Below are positions 16,693-25,603 of a DNA stretch of 28,689 nt, piece after piece. Position 1 is the stretch's first letter. Every line of letters starts with the position of its first letter. Under the pieces are notes generated by a model, which saw only the letters and a list, made by a program, of their open reading frames with translations, had not been told where the DNA came from and did no database searches. Origin of the DNA: Acidobacteriaceae bacterium (GTDB taxonomy: Bacteria; Acidobacteriota; Terriglobia; Terriglobales; Acidobacteriaceae); contig JBAUGH010000332.1 in assembly GCA_049679565.1 (NCBI GenBank), forward strand, positions 1-28,689. Direction: 5' to 3'. The position numbers and the translations under genes were made by a program.

Positions 16693-18789
16693 ATGCATCC
16701 GTTGGCCTGGGGACCCTGGACGGTTCCGTTGCTCGATCACCTGTGGCAGTCGACGGTGTTCGCCGGCGGCGTGTGGCTGCTGGCGCTCGTGCTGCGCCAC
16801 AATCAGGCGCGCATGCGCTACCGGTTGTGGATGGCGGCGTCCCTGAAGTTCCTGCTTCCTTTCTCGCTGCTGATGGCGCTCGGTGCCCGGCTCCCGTGGC
16901 CGGCGCACCTCGACCGTACGCAGCCGGCGATTGCCGCAGCCGTGGAAGGAGTAACCCGGCCGCTGCTGCAGGCGTGGCCGGTCGAGACAGATACCGGTTT
17001 CGCAGCCAGCCAGCCGGCGAGGCACCCTGCGACAGATTGGCTGCCGCTGGCGCTCGCAGGCGTATGGGGCTGCGGAACTCTGCTGCTGCTGGGGCGCTGG
17101 ACGGCGAACTGGCTGCGTTTGCGGGCAACGGTGCGGCGCGGAGAATCGATGACGCTCGCGGACGGAACCAAAGCGCTGCTGATGGCAGAGAACGTGGAGC
17201 CGGGAATATTCGGGATTTTGAACCCGGTGCTGGTGCTGCCCCGCGGCATCGCCCAGCGGTTGAGCGCCCAGCAACTGAACGCAATTGTGGCGCACGAAAT
17301 ATGCCACATGCGGCGCAGGGACAATCTGACCGCTGCGCTGCACATGGCGGTGGAAGCACTGTTCTGGTTTCACCCGCTGGTGTGGTGGCTGCGAACGCGC
17401 CTGATCGAGGAACGCGAACGGGCCTGCGATGAGGCGGTGCTCGAAGCGACCCGCCAACCCTTCGCGTATGCAGAAGGAATCCTCAGCGTCTGCAGGTTCT
17501 ACATAGAGGCGCCGCTGAGTTGCGTGTCGGGCGTGACGGGATCGGATCTGAAGCAGAGAATTGCGCGGATTCTCTCGGGACAAGCAGTCCGCAAGCTGGA
17601 TCTGCGGCGCAAGCTCCTGCTGGCACTCGCCGGCGTGCTGGCAGTTGGCGTCCCAGTGACGACTGGGGTGGTGCGCGCGGCCCAGGGACAAACGCAGAGC
17701 CCGCAAATGAGTTCGCCTGCCGGAACCGGAATCAGCGGAACCTGGCAGGGAACCATGCAGACGCCCGACGGACGTCAGCACCGCATGGTCCTCAGGATCG
17801 CAAAGGACGAGAAGGGCGCACTGAGTGGGACCCTGTACCCCATCGATCAGAACGGGCGACCGTTGGCCAGCAGTTCGCTGAGCTTTGAGAGCGGGACTCT
17901 GCGATTCGTGAATCAGTTCCCCGGCCTGACGTACGAAGGCAGGATTTCGGCCGACCGACAATCCATCAGCGGCACCGTGACGCAGAATGGCTCCTTCCCC
18001 CTGGTGCTGGAGCGCGCGACGCCCGACACAGAGTGGACGATTCCCGCTCCCCCTCCGCGCATTCCGCCGATGGCTGCCGACGCTCATCCGACCTTCGAAG
18101 TGGCGACCATCAAGCCGAGCCCACCGGACGCGCGGGGCGTGGGGCTCAGGCTGCGAGGCGGGGAACTGGCAGTCGAGAACCTGTCGCTCAGCGACCTGAT
18201 GAAGTTTGCCTGGCAGGTGCAGGCTCGGGAGATCGTCGGCGCCCCGGGCTGGATGGCGACCGACAAATGGGACATCGAGGCGAAGCCCGATACCCCGGGG
18301 ATGCCCAGCCACGATCAGCTCAACGAGATGATCCGGAAGCTGCTGGCCGACCGCTTCGCGCTCAAGCTGCATGAGGAAAAGCGCGAGATGGCAGCATATG
18401 TGCTGACGGTCGGCAAGGACCGGCCGAAGCTGACCAGAAGCGCCGACGCGTCGGTACTCGGAGGCTTCACCATGGGCCCCCTGGGAGTGATGCACGCCGG
18501 AGGCGCCTCGATGGGGGACTTTACCCACGTATTGCAGGGCGACATTCTCGATCGGCCGGTGGTGGACAGGACCGGACTCGAGGGACGGTGGGATTTCACG
18601 TTGCAGTGGATGCCGGATGACACGCAGTTTGCGGGGATGAAGGTGCCTCGCCAGGCAGCGGACGATGCGAACACGCTGCCGCCCCTGTTCACGGCCATTC
18701 AGGAGCAGTTGGGCCTGAAGCTGGAGTCACAGAAAGCCGACGTGCCGGTGCTCGTGATCGATCACGTCGAGCACCCGTCACCGAATTAG
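16693..18789 (+). CDS. BlaR1-like M56 metallopeptidase signal transducer fused to an extracellular beta-domain and a TIGR03435/DUF3738 domain
   Basis: HLWQST, RYRLW, PGIFGILNPVLVLP, the zinc motif AHEICHMRRRDN, FWFHPLVWW, EERERACDEAV and LKQRIARI, then a TM segment. C-terminal FEVATIKPS, DRPVVDRTGLEGRWDFTLQW and LFTAIQEQLGLKLE mark DUF3738. Confidence 0.93.
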   Translation: MHPLAWGPWTVPLLDHLWQSTVFAGGVWLLALVLRHNQARMRYRLWMAASLKFLLPFSLLMALGARLPWPAHLDRTQPAIAAAVEGVTRPLLQAWPVETDTGFAASQPARHPATDWLPLALAGVWGCGTLLLLGRWTANWLRLRATVRRGESMTLADGTKALLMAENVEPGIFGILNPVLVLPRGIAQRLSAQQLNAIVAHEICHMRRRDNLTAALHMAVEALFWFHPLVWWLRTRLIEERERACDEAVLEATRQPFAYAEGILSVCRFYIEAPLSCVSGVTGSDLKQRIARILSGQAVRKLDLRRKLLLALAGVLAVGVPVTTGVVRAAQGQTQSPQMSSPAGTGISGTWQGTMQTPDGRQHRMVLRIAKDEKGALSGTLYPIDQNGRPLASSSLSFESGTLRFVNQFPGLTYEGRISADRQSISGTVTQNGSFPLVLERATPDTEWTIPAPPPRIPPMAADAHPTFEVATIKPSPPDARGVGLRLRGGELAVENLSLSDLMKFAWQVQAREIVGAPGWMATDKWDIEAKPDTPGMPSHDQLNEMIRKLLADRFALKLHEEKREMAAYVLTVGKDRPKLTRSADASVLGGFTMGPLGVMHAGGASMGDFTHVLQGDILDRPVVDRTGLEGRWDFTLQWMPDDTQFAGMKVPRQAADDANTLPPLFTAIQEQLGLKLESQKADVPVLVIDHVEHPSPN

Positions 18790-20097
18790 AACTGCCGATG
18801 TCGGAGCCGAATTGCAGAGTCAAAGGACCTCCACACCGATGGTGTATTCTTCCGAGCATCACGGAATAGCGCGTGTTTGTCGCCCGCCGGTCCGGAAAAC
18901 GATCGGCAAAGAAGGGGTCCGCACATGATGGCATGGAGCAGAAGGACGCTGCTGGGATGGGCTGTCGCCGTGGTCATAGGAACAGTCGGCATGGCACATG
19001 CCCAGGCTCCCGCCGAAGGTGGCGGGATTGTCGGCACGTGGCAGGGGACGCTGCACGCCCCGGGCGGCCGCGATCTGCGAACGGTGCTCAAGGTCGCGAA
19101 GAACGACAAGGGCGCCCTGACAGCGACCTTCTACAGCATCGATCAGAGCGGCCAGGGGATCCCCACCAGCTCGGTCAGCTTCGACAACGGCACGCTCAAG
19201 TTCGGTATCGAGTTCGCCGGCCTCACCTACGAGGGCAAGATGTCCGCCGACGGCAACTCGATCGGCGGTACCAGTACCCAGGGCGACCACGCCCTGCCGC
19301 TCGTGTTTGAGCGGGCCACTCCGGCAACGGAGTGGGCGATGCCCGCGCCGCCGCCGCACATTCCTCCCATGGCAGCCGACGCGAATCCCAGCTTCGAAGT
19401 CGCAACCATCAAGCCAACCAAACCGGACGAACGAGGCACCTACATCACCGTCCGTGGGACGGACCTGGTGGTCGTGAATTTCTCCCTCAATGATCTGATT
19501 AAGTTCGCCTACGACGTTCAGGAGAAGCAGATCGTCGGCGGTCCCGACTGGATGGCCACCGATAAGTGGGACATCGACGCGAAACCCGATACACCCGGCC
19601 GGCCGGACCAAAAACAGATGCAGACGATGCTCCGTAAAATGCTGGCCGACCGCTTTGCACTGAAGTTTCACAACGACCAGCGGGAAATGGGCGCGTACAT
19701 CCTGACCGTCGGCAAAGATGGGCCGAAGATGACGAAGGAAACCAGCGATCCAAACGGGCTGCCCGGGCTGTTTTTTGGCCCCATCGGCACCCTCCACGTG
19801 CGCAACGCGACCATGGGGGATTTCACCGGCCTGATGCAGTCGGCAGTGCTGGACCGGCCCGTCGTGGATAAAACCGGACTCGATGGGCGCTGGAACTTCA
19901 CCCTGAAGTGGACGCCCGATGAGTCTCAGTTCGCCGGCATGGGAATCAAGGTGCCTCCCCCGCCGGCCGACGCCACCGACGTGCCCCCTCCGCTGTTCAC
20001 CGCTATCCAGGAGCAGCTCGACTTGAAGCTGGAGGCACAGAAGGCACAGGTACCGGTGCTGATGATCGACCACGTCGACCATCCTTCACCGAACTAG
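17728..20097 (+). repeat. Diverged tandem duplication: 17728-18789 versus 19024-20097
   Basis: Collinear protein similarity: GISGTWQGT/GIVGTWQGT, GLTYEG/GLTYEG, WMATDKWDIEAKPDTPG/WMATDKWDIDAKPDTPG, IDHVEHPSPN/IDHVDHPSPN. The segments are 1062 and 1074 nt long. Confidence 0.9.
18925..20097 (+). CDS. Secreted TIGR03435/DUF3738 family protein
   Basis: ATG 18925 (or 18928) follows GAAGGGG. Signal peptide ends in AHA-Q. Motifs FEVATIKPT, DRPVVDKTGLDGRWNFTLKW and LFTAIQEQL. Confidence 0.92.
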   Translation: MMAWSRRTLLGWAVAVVIGTVGMAHAQAPAEGGGIVGTWQGTLHAPGGRDLRTVLKVAKNDKGALTATFYSIDQSGQGIPTSSVSFDNGTLKFGIEFAGLTYEGKMSADGNSIGGTSTQGDHALPLVFERATPATEWAMPAPPPHIPPMAADANPSFEVATIKPTKPDERGTYITVRGTDLVVVNFSLNDLIKFAYDVQEKQIVGGPDWMATDKWDIDAKPDTPGRPDQKQMQTMLRKMLADRFALKFHNDQREMGAYILTVGKDGPKMTKETSDPNGLPGLFFGPIGTLHVRNATMGDFTGLMQSAVLDRPVVDKTGLDGRWNFTLKWTPDESQFAGMGIKVPPPPADATDVPPPLFTAIQEQLDLKLEAQKAQVPVLMIDHVDHPSPN

Positions 20098-20250
20098 ATC
20101 TGCGTGGGCGGCGGAATCCCCGGCTCCGGCCGCCAATACCAGGACGAATACCGCGGGGGCTCGCGCCACAACGACGACTGGCTTGAACTCGGACGACCGA
20201 ACCTCCGCTGCCCTGCGTCCTTTGAGCACAGCGGAGAACGCACCGCATCG

Positions 20251-23200
20251 ATGGCTATGCTGACCGGGAACGCGCACTGGAGTCGAGCACGGCAGTGGAT
20301 CTGCCTGCTGGCCATGCTGCTCGCCTGCGCATGCGCGTGGGCGACGGAATATCACGGCCAGGTTTTCGTCAGCGGCGTTCCCATTCCCGGCGCGATCGTA
20401 ACCGTAACCCAGGGTGCGAAGCAGCTCTCCACCGTAACCGACGACCAGGGCCTCTACGCCTTCCCTGATCTCGCCGACGGCACCTGGAAAATTGAGATTC
20501 GGATGCGCGGTTTCACCACCCTGAAGAGCGAGGTGAACGTCGCTCCCAATGCGCCGCAGGGCAAGTTTGAGCTAACCCTGCTGAGCCTCGAGCAAATGCT
20601 CGCGCAAACAAAGGTGACCCATCCCTCCGCTCCGCAGAACCCGCAGCTGGCCACCCGCACAGCGGAGAAGCCAAAATCCGCGCAGAAGGCACTTGGGACT
20701 CCAGGTGCCATGCCGCCTCCGCCCGCCGACGAGAACGAAGGGCAGGCGGCTGACGGACTCCTGATCAATGGCAGCGACAACAACGCCGCAACCTCTAAAT
20801 ATTCCCTGTCCCCGGCCTTCGGCAATCACCGGCCCGGAACCCGGGGGTTGTACACCGGCGGTTTTGCCGGCGCGGTCAGCAATTCCGCCTTCGACGCCCG
20901 GCCGTACTCGCTGACCGGCTTCCAGCTTCCCAAGGCGGCCTACAGTCGCATCATCGCCGGTTTCACGCTCGGCGGCCCGTTCATCATCCCGCACCTCTTC
21001 TACCACGGGCCGGATTTCTTCGTGGCCTACCAATGGACCCGCGACAGCGCCGGGACCACCGATCCGGCGCTCATGCCTGACGCCGCGGAGCGCAGCGGCG
21101 ATCTTGCCGGGCTGACCAATCCGTTGGGCCGGCCGCTGACGATTTACAATCCCGCGACCGGACAGCCGTTCACCGGTCCGGTTCCCGTAAGCCCGCAGGC
21201 ACAGGCGCTGCTCAATCTCTATCCATCGCCGAATATCCCCGGCAACGCGCGCTATAACTACGAGACCGAAGTGCTCAGCCACACGCACGCGGACGCGCTG
21301 GAGTCGCGGCTGGAAAAGACCCTGGGCCGGCGAGATCAGCTCTATGGCGGGTTCGCATTCAATAGTTCCCGAGCGGACGCAGCCAACGTGTTCAATTTTG
21401 TGGACACGACCGACACCCTGGGAATCAACGCAAATGTGAACTGGTCCCACCAGTACAATCATCAGATTTTCGCGACGGTGGGTTACCAGTTTTCCCGCCT
21501 GCGCACCCTGCTCCGGCCGCAGTTTGAGAACCGCGACAACATCTCCGGAAACGCCGGCATCACCGGCAACGACCAGAATCCCCAGGATTGGGGGCCCCCT
21601 TATCTGATTTTTTCCAGCGGCATCGCTGCTCTCGATGACGCCAACAGTGAATTCAATCGCAACCGCACAGACGCGTTCTCACTGAAGCTGACCACAACCC
21701 ACCGCCGGCACACCATCGCCTTTGGCGGCGATTACCGGAAAGAAGAATTCAACGAGTTTACCGAGTCCAATCCGCGGGGAACCTTCACCTTCACGGGCGA
21801 GGCCACAGCGGCGCCGGGCAGCGCGGCGACAACATCGGCAGCGCTGGCCACAAGCGGATCGGACTTCGCCGACTTCCTGCTCGGTATTCCCGATACCAGC
21901 GCCGTGGCCTTCGGCAATCCGGAGAAATACTTCCGCCAGCCTGCCGCTGACCTCTACGTGAACGACGACTTTCGCGTCCTGCCCGAGCTGACCGTCGACA
22001 CCGGCTTGCGCTGGGAATACGGCGCGCCCATGACCGAGTTGTACGGGCGGATGGTGAACCTGGATATCGCGCCGGGGTTCACCGCCGCCGTCCCGGTGCT
22101 GGCCAGCGCCCCTAAAGGGCCGCTCACCGGCGCGAAGTATCCGGCGTCGCTCATTCGGCCAGACCTGCGCGGCTTCGAGCCCCGCATCGGCATTTCCTGG
22201 CGGCCCATTCCCGCCTCAACCCTGGTCGTCCGCGCCGGCTACGGCATTTACGACGACACATCCATCTACCTCTCCAGCGCCCAGTCGATGGCCCAGCAGG
22301 CGCCCCTCTCGAAAAGCCTGCAGGTGGCCAACAGCAGCACCTGTCCGCTCACGCTGGCGAATGGCTTCGTCAACTGCGCAGGGATTACCGCCGACACCTA
22401 CGCCGTCGATCCGAACCTCCGCGTCGGCTATGCCCAGGACTGGCAGCTCTCCATGCAGAAGGATTTCCCCGGAGCGCTGGTCATCACCGCGACTTACTCC
22501 GGCGTGAAAGGAACGCGCGGCATGCAGGAGTTCCTCCCCAATACCTGGCCCATCGGAGCCGCCAACCCCTGCCCTTCCTGCCCGACCGGCTTCGTCTATC
22601 GCACCTCGAACGGCAACTCGACCCGCCAGGCGGGCGAGTTGCAGGCGCGCCGCCGGCTGCGTGGCGGCCTCACCGCGACCGTCGATTACACCTGGTCGAA
22701 GTCTCTCGATGACGATGCCCAGGTGGGCGCACAGGGTCACGTGGAGTCGCAAGCCGCACTGTCGGCTCCCAGTGACACAAATGCCGGCTCCGGCGCGAAT
22801 CCCACCATCGCCCAGAACTGGCTCGACCTGAGTGCCGAGCGTGGACTTTCCTCTTTCGATCGGCGCAACCTGGTCACGGCGACCCTGCAATACACCACTG
22901 GCATGGGCCTCACCGAGACGCTGCTCAGCGGATGGCGCGGGACGTTGTTCAAAGAATGGACCGTGCTCACCAAACTCACCGCCGGCAGCGGCCTGCCCGA
23001 AACCCCTTCGCTCCTGACCAGCGTCCCGGGTACCGGCGTGACCGGATCGATTCGTCCCGACGTGACCGGAGCTCCGCTCTATCAGGGACCCGCCGGCTAT
23101 TTTCTCAATGCCGCGGCATTCGCGGCCCCCGCGGCCGGACAGTGGGGCGACGCCCGGCGCGACTCCATCACCGGACCGGACGAGTTCACGCTCGACGCTG

Positions 23201-23385
23201 CGCTGGCGCGGACCTTTCGTCTAAAGAGTACGCGCAGTCTCGATGTGCGCATGGACGCGACCAATCCCCTGAACCACGCTTCGTACACCACCTGGAACGC
23301 CACGGTGAACAGCACCACCTTCGGACTGCCGGCCGCGACGAACCCCATGCGCAGTTTGCAGATCACCGGACGGCTGAGGTTCTGA
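20251..23385 (+). CDS. Outer-membrane beta-barrel, Oar/TonB-dependent receptor-like, with an N-terminal carboxypeptidase-regulatory-like domain
   Basis: Signal peptide (AWA-T), PIPGAIVTVT...TVTDDQGLYAFPDL..GTW, NSAFDARP, GGPFIIP, ERSGDL, DFADFLLGIP, YVNDDFRV..LTVDTGLRWEY, FEPRIGISW, VRAGYGIY, YTWSKSLDD and C-terminal LQITGRLRF (terminal Phe). Start uncertain (20251 or 20257). Confidence 0.88.
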   Translation: MAMLTGNAHWSRARQWICLLAMLLACACAWATEYHGQVFVSGVPIPGAIVTVTQGAKQLSTVTDDQGLYAFPDLADGTWKIEIRMRGFTTLKSEVNVAPNAPQGKFELTLLSLEQMLAQTKVTHPSAPQNPQLATRTAEKPKSAQKALGTPGAMPPPPADENEGQAADGLLINGSDNNAATSKYSLSPAFGNHRPGTRGLYTGGFAGAVSNSAFDARPYSLTGFQLPKAAYSRIIAGFTLGGPFIIPHLFYHGPDFFVAYQWTRDSAGTTDPALMPDAAERSGDLAGLTNPLGRPLTIYNPATGQPFTGPVPVSPQAQALLNLYPSPNIPGNARYNYETEVLSHTHADALESRLEKTLGRRDQLYGGFAFNSSRADAANVFNFVDTTDTLGINANVNWSHQYNHQIFATVGYQFSRLRTLLRPQFENRDNISGNAGITGNDQNPQDWGPPYLIFSSGIAALDDANSEFNRNRTDAFSLKLTTTHRRHTIAFGGDYRKEEFNEFTESNPRGTFTFTGEATAAPGSAATTSAALATSGSDFADFLLGIPDTSAVAFGNPEKYFRQPAADLYVNDDFRVLPELTVDTGLRWEYGAPMTELYGRMVNLDIAPGFTAAVPVLASAPKGPLTGAKYPASLIRPDLRGFEPRIGISWRPIPASTLVVRAGYGIYDDTSIYLSSAQSMAQQAPLSKSLQVANSSTCPLTLANGFVNCAGITADTYAVDPNLRVGYAQDWQLSMQKDFPGALVITATYSGVKGTRGMQEFLPNTWPIGAANPCPSCPTGFVYRTSNGNSTRQAGELQARRRLRGGLTATVDYTWSKSLDDDAQVGAQGHVESQAALSAPSDTNAGSGANPTIAQNWLDLSAERGLSSFDRRNLVTATLQYTTGMGLTETLLSGWRGTLFKEWTVLTKLTAGSGLPETPSLLTSVPGTGVTGSIRPDVTGAPLYQGPAGYFLNAAAFAAPAAGQWGDARRDSITGPDEFTLDAALARTFRLKSTRSLDVRMDATNPLNHASYTTWNATVNSTTFGLPAATNPMRSLQITGRLRF

Positions 23386-23387
23386 CC

Positions 23388-25565
23388 ATGCGACTCGACC
23401 CGGGAAGTTCGATGCGGCTGGCCCTGCTGGGCCTCGCTCTGAGCTGCACGCTCGCCGCGCCCGCGCAAACCGTGGGCGCCAACCAGCAGCCCGGGCAGAA
23501 CGGGACCTTCACCCTCTCCGTGAACTCCCAGCTCGTCGTCGAAACCGTCGTGGTGAAGGACAAGGATGGCCGTTTCGTCCCCGGGTTGACGGCGAAGGAC
23601 TTTCACATCCAGGAAGACGGCGTGCCTCAGACCATTCGCATCTTCGAGCACCAGGCGCTCGCATCCGAAAGCGCGCCGCTGCCCGTGACTCCGCCGAACC
23701 AGGAAAACATCACGCTCTACAACCGCCTGGTGCGCACCCAGATCGCGCCCGAGGTTCCCGGAAAAACGAACTACAGCGGTCATCGCCTATTAGCCTTCTA
23801 CTTCGACATGACATCGATGCCGCCCGACGATCAGCTCCGGGCGCTGCGCGCCGCCGAGAAGTTCATCCGCACCCAGATCACTCCCGCAGACCTGGTCGCG
23901 ATCCTGCGCTACGCGGGCGGATCCGTCGACGTGCTCCAGGATTTCACCGCAGATCGCAACCGCCTGCTCAGCATTATCGAGACCCTGGTCGTGGGCGAGG
24001 GGCAGGGCAACGTCGAATCCATCGACGACGCGAGCAGCGCGGACACCGGCGCCGCCTTCGGCCAGGACGACAGCGAGTTCAACATCTTCAACAACGACCG
24101 CCAGCTCTCCGCGCTGATGACTGCAGCGAAGATGCTCGGCAGCCTCAGCGAGAAGAAGTCGCTCATATACTTTGCCAGCGGCATGCGCATGAGCGGCCTC
24201 GACAACCTCGCCCAGCTTCACGCCACCATCGACGCTGCCGTGCGTTCCGGAGTTACCTTCTGGCCCATCGATGCGCGCGGCCTCGTAGCCGAGGCCCCGC
24301 TGGGCAACGCCACCCAGGGCTCGCCCGGCAATGCCGGGATGTACTCCGGCACTGCGGCCCAGGCGGTTACCACCCAGTTCCAGCAGTCGCAGGACACCCT
24401 CTATACGCTCGGCGCGGATACCGGCGGCAAGGCCCTCTTCGATAACAACGATCTCACCCGCGGCATCGTGCAGGCGCAAAAGGCGATTGAGGATTACTAC
24501 ATCATCGGCTACTACACCACCGACACCGCGCAGAACGGCCACTTCCGGCGGGTGAAGATCGCGGTGGATTCTCCCCTCGCGGCGAAGCTCGAGTATCGCG
24601 AAGGCTACTTCGCCAACAAAACCTTCAACAAATTTACTGAGGCCGACAAGGAACGCCAGCTCGAAGACGCGCTCATGCTGGGCGACCCCGTTACCGACCT
24701 GACCATCGCTATGGAAATCGATTATTTCCAGCTCAATCGCGCCGAGTACTACGTCCCCATCGTCGTCAAGATCCCCGGACGCGAGCTCGCCCTGGCAAAA
24801 AAATTCGGCGCCGAACACACCCTCATCGATTTCGTCTCCGAAGTGAAGGACACGACCACCGGCATGACCATGAGCAATGTGCGCGATTACGTGAACATTA
24901 AGCTGAGCGATGCGACCGTGCAGCAGCTGGCGAAGCGCCCGGTCGAATACGATGCCGGCTTCACCCTCTTCCCCGGCAAATACTCCATCAAGTTTCTCGC
25001 GCGCGACGACGAAACCGGCCGCATCGGCACCTTCCAGACATACTTCACCATTCCCGACCTCAATAAGGTCACCAGGAAAATAGCGCTCAGCTCGGTCGTT
25101 CTCAGTAGCCAGCGCGTTGACCTGAATGATGCCCTCTACAACGCCTCCCGTGGAATAGAGCAGGCCAAAGATGATGCCGCGAATCCCCTGGTCCAGAGCG
25201 GACAGAAGCTGATTCCCAGCGTCACGCGCGTCTTCGCCGTGGATCGCACCCTGTATGTCTACCTCCAGGCCTACGAGCGCGATGAGGCTGCAGCGGCGAA
25301 CACCGCCTCCCCACCCGCCACAGCCGCAGCGACCACCCCGCTGTTCGCCTGGGTCAGTTTCTACCGCGATCAGAAGATGGCGCTCGAAACCCAGCCCGTC
25401 GCAGTCACGCCGGAGCCCACGACCCGGCTGGGCGTGGTCCCGTTCAACTTCCAGGTCCCTCTGGGCAAGCTGGCGCCCGGACCCTACCAGTGCCAGGTCA
25501 GCGTCCTCGATCCCGCCGGCCATCGCGCCGCCTTCTGGCAGGGCCCCGTCATGCTCGTGCAGTAG
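23388..25565 (+). CDS. Secreted acidobacterial VWA-domain protein (TIGR03436-like) with a long C-terminal extension
   Basis: ATG 2 nt after the barrel stop (alternative 23412), then a signal peptide. LVVETVVVKDKDGRFVPGLTAKDFHIQEDGVPQTI..F, KKSLIYFASG, PIDARGL, ADTGGKA, YYIIGY and FRRVKI..YREGYFA. The MIDAS-like FDMTSM is degenerate. Confidence 0.9.
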   Translation: MRLDPGSSMRLALLGLALSCTLAAPAQTVGANQQPGQNGTFTLSVNSQLVVETVVVKDKDGRFVPGLTAKDFHIQEDGVPQTIRIFEHQALASESAPLPVTPPNQENITLYNRLVRTQIAPEVPGKTNYSGHRLLAFYFDMTSMPPDDQLRALRAAEKFIRTQITPADLVAILRYAGGSVDVLQDFTADRNRLLSIIETLVVGEGQGNVESIDDASSADTGAAFGQDDSEFNIFNNDRQLSALMTAAKMLGSLSEKKSLIYFASGMRMSGLDNLAQLHATIDAAVRSGVTFWPIDARGLVAEAPLGNATQGSPGNAGMYSGTAAQAVTTQFQQSQDTLYTLGADTGGKALFDNNDLTRGIVQAQKAIEDYYIIGYYTTDTAQNGHFRRVKIAVDSPLAAKLEYREGYFANKTFNKFTEADKERQLEDALMLGDPVTDLTIAMEIDYFQLNRAEYYVPIVVKIPGRELALAKKFGAEHTLIDFVSEVKDTTTGMTMSNVRDYVNIKLSDATVQQLAKRPVEYDAGFTLFPGKYSIKFLARDDETGRIGTFQTYFTIPDLNKVTRKIALSSVVLSSQRVDLNDALYNASRGIEQAKDDAANPLVQSGQKLIPSVTRVFAVDRTLYVYLQAYERDEAAAANTASPPATAAATTPLFAWVSFYRDQKMALETQPVAVTPEPTTRLGVVPFNFQVPLGKLAPGPYQCQVSVLDPAGHRAAFWQGPVMLVQ

Positions 25566-25603
25566 ACAAGCCGTCGTACTATGGAAACAACCGTCCCCTC
25601 AGC

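Noticed and set aside
16327..18528. Long antisense or alternative-frame ORFs (e.g. 16327-18528, 23790-25523, 1475-3112, 2634-4178, 93-1394, 10094-11389)
   Set aside because: These are shadow ORFs expected in GC-rich coding DNA. They overlap well-supported genes and show no family motifs.
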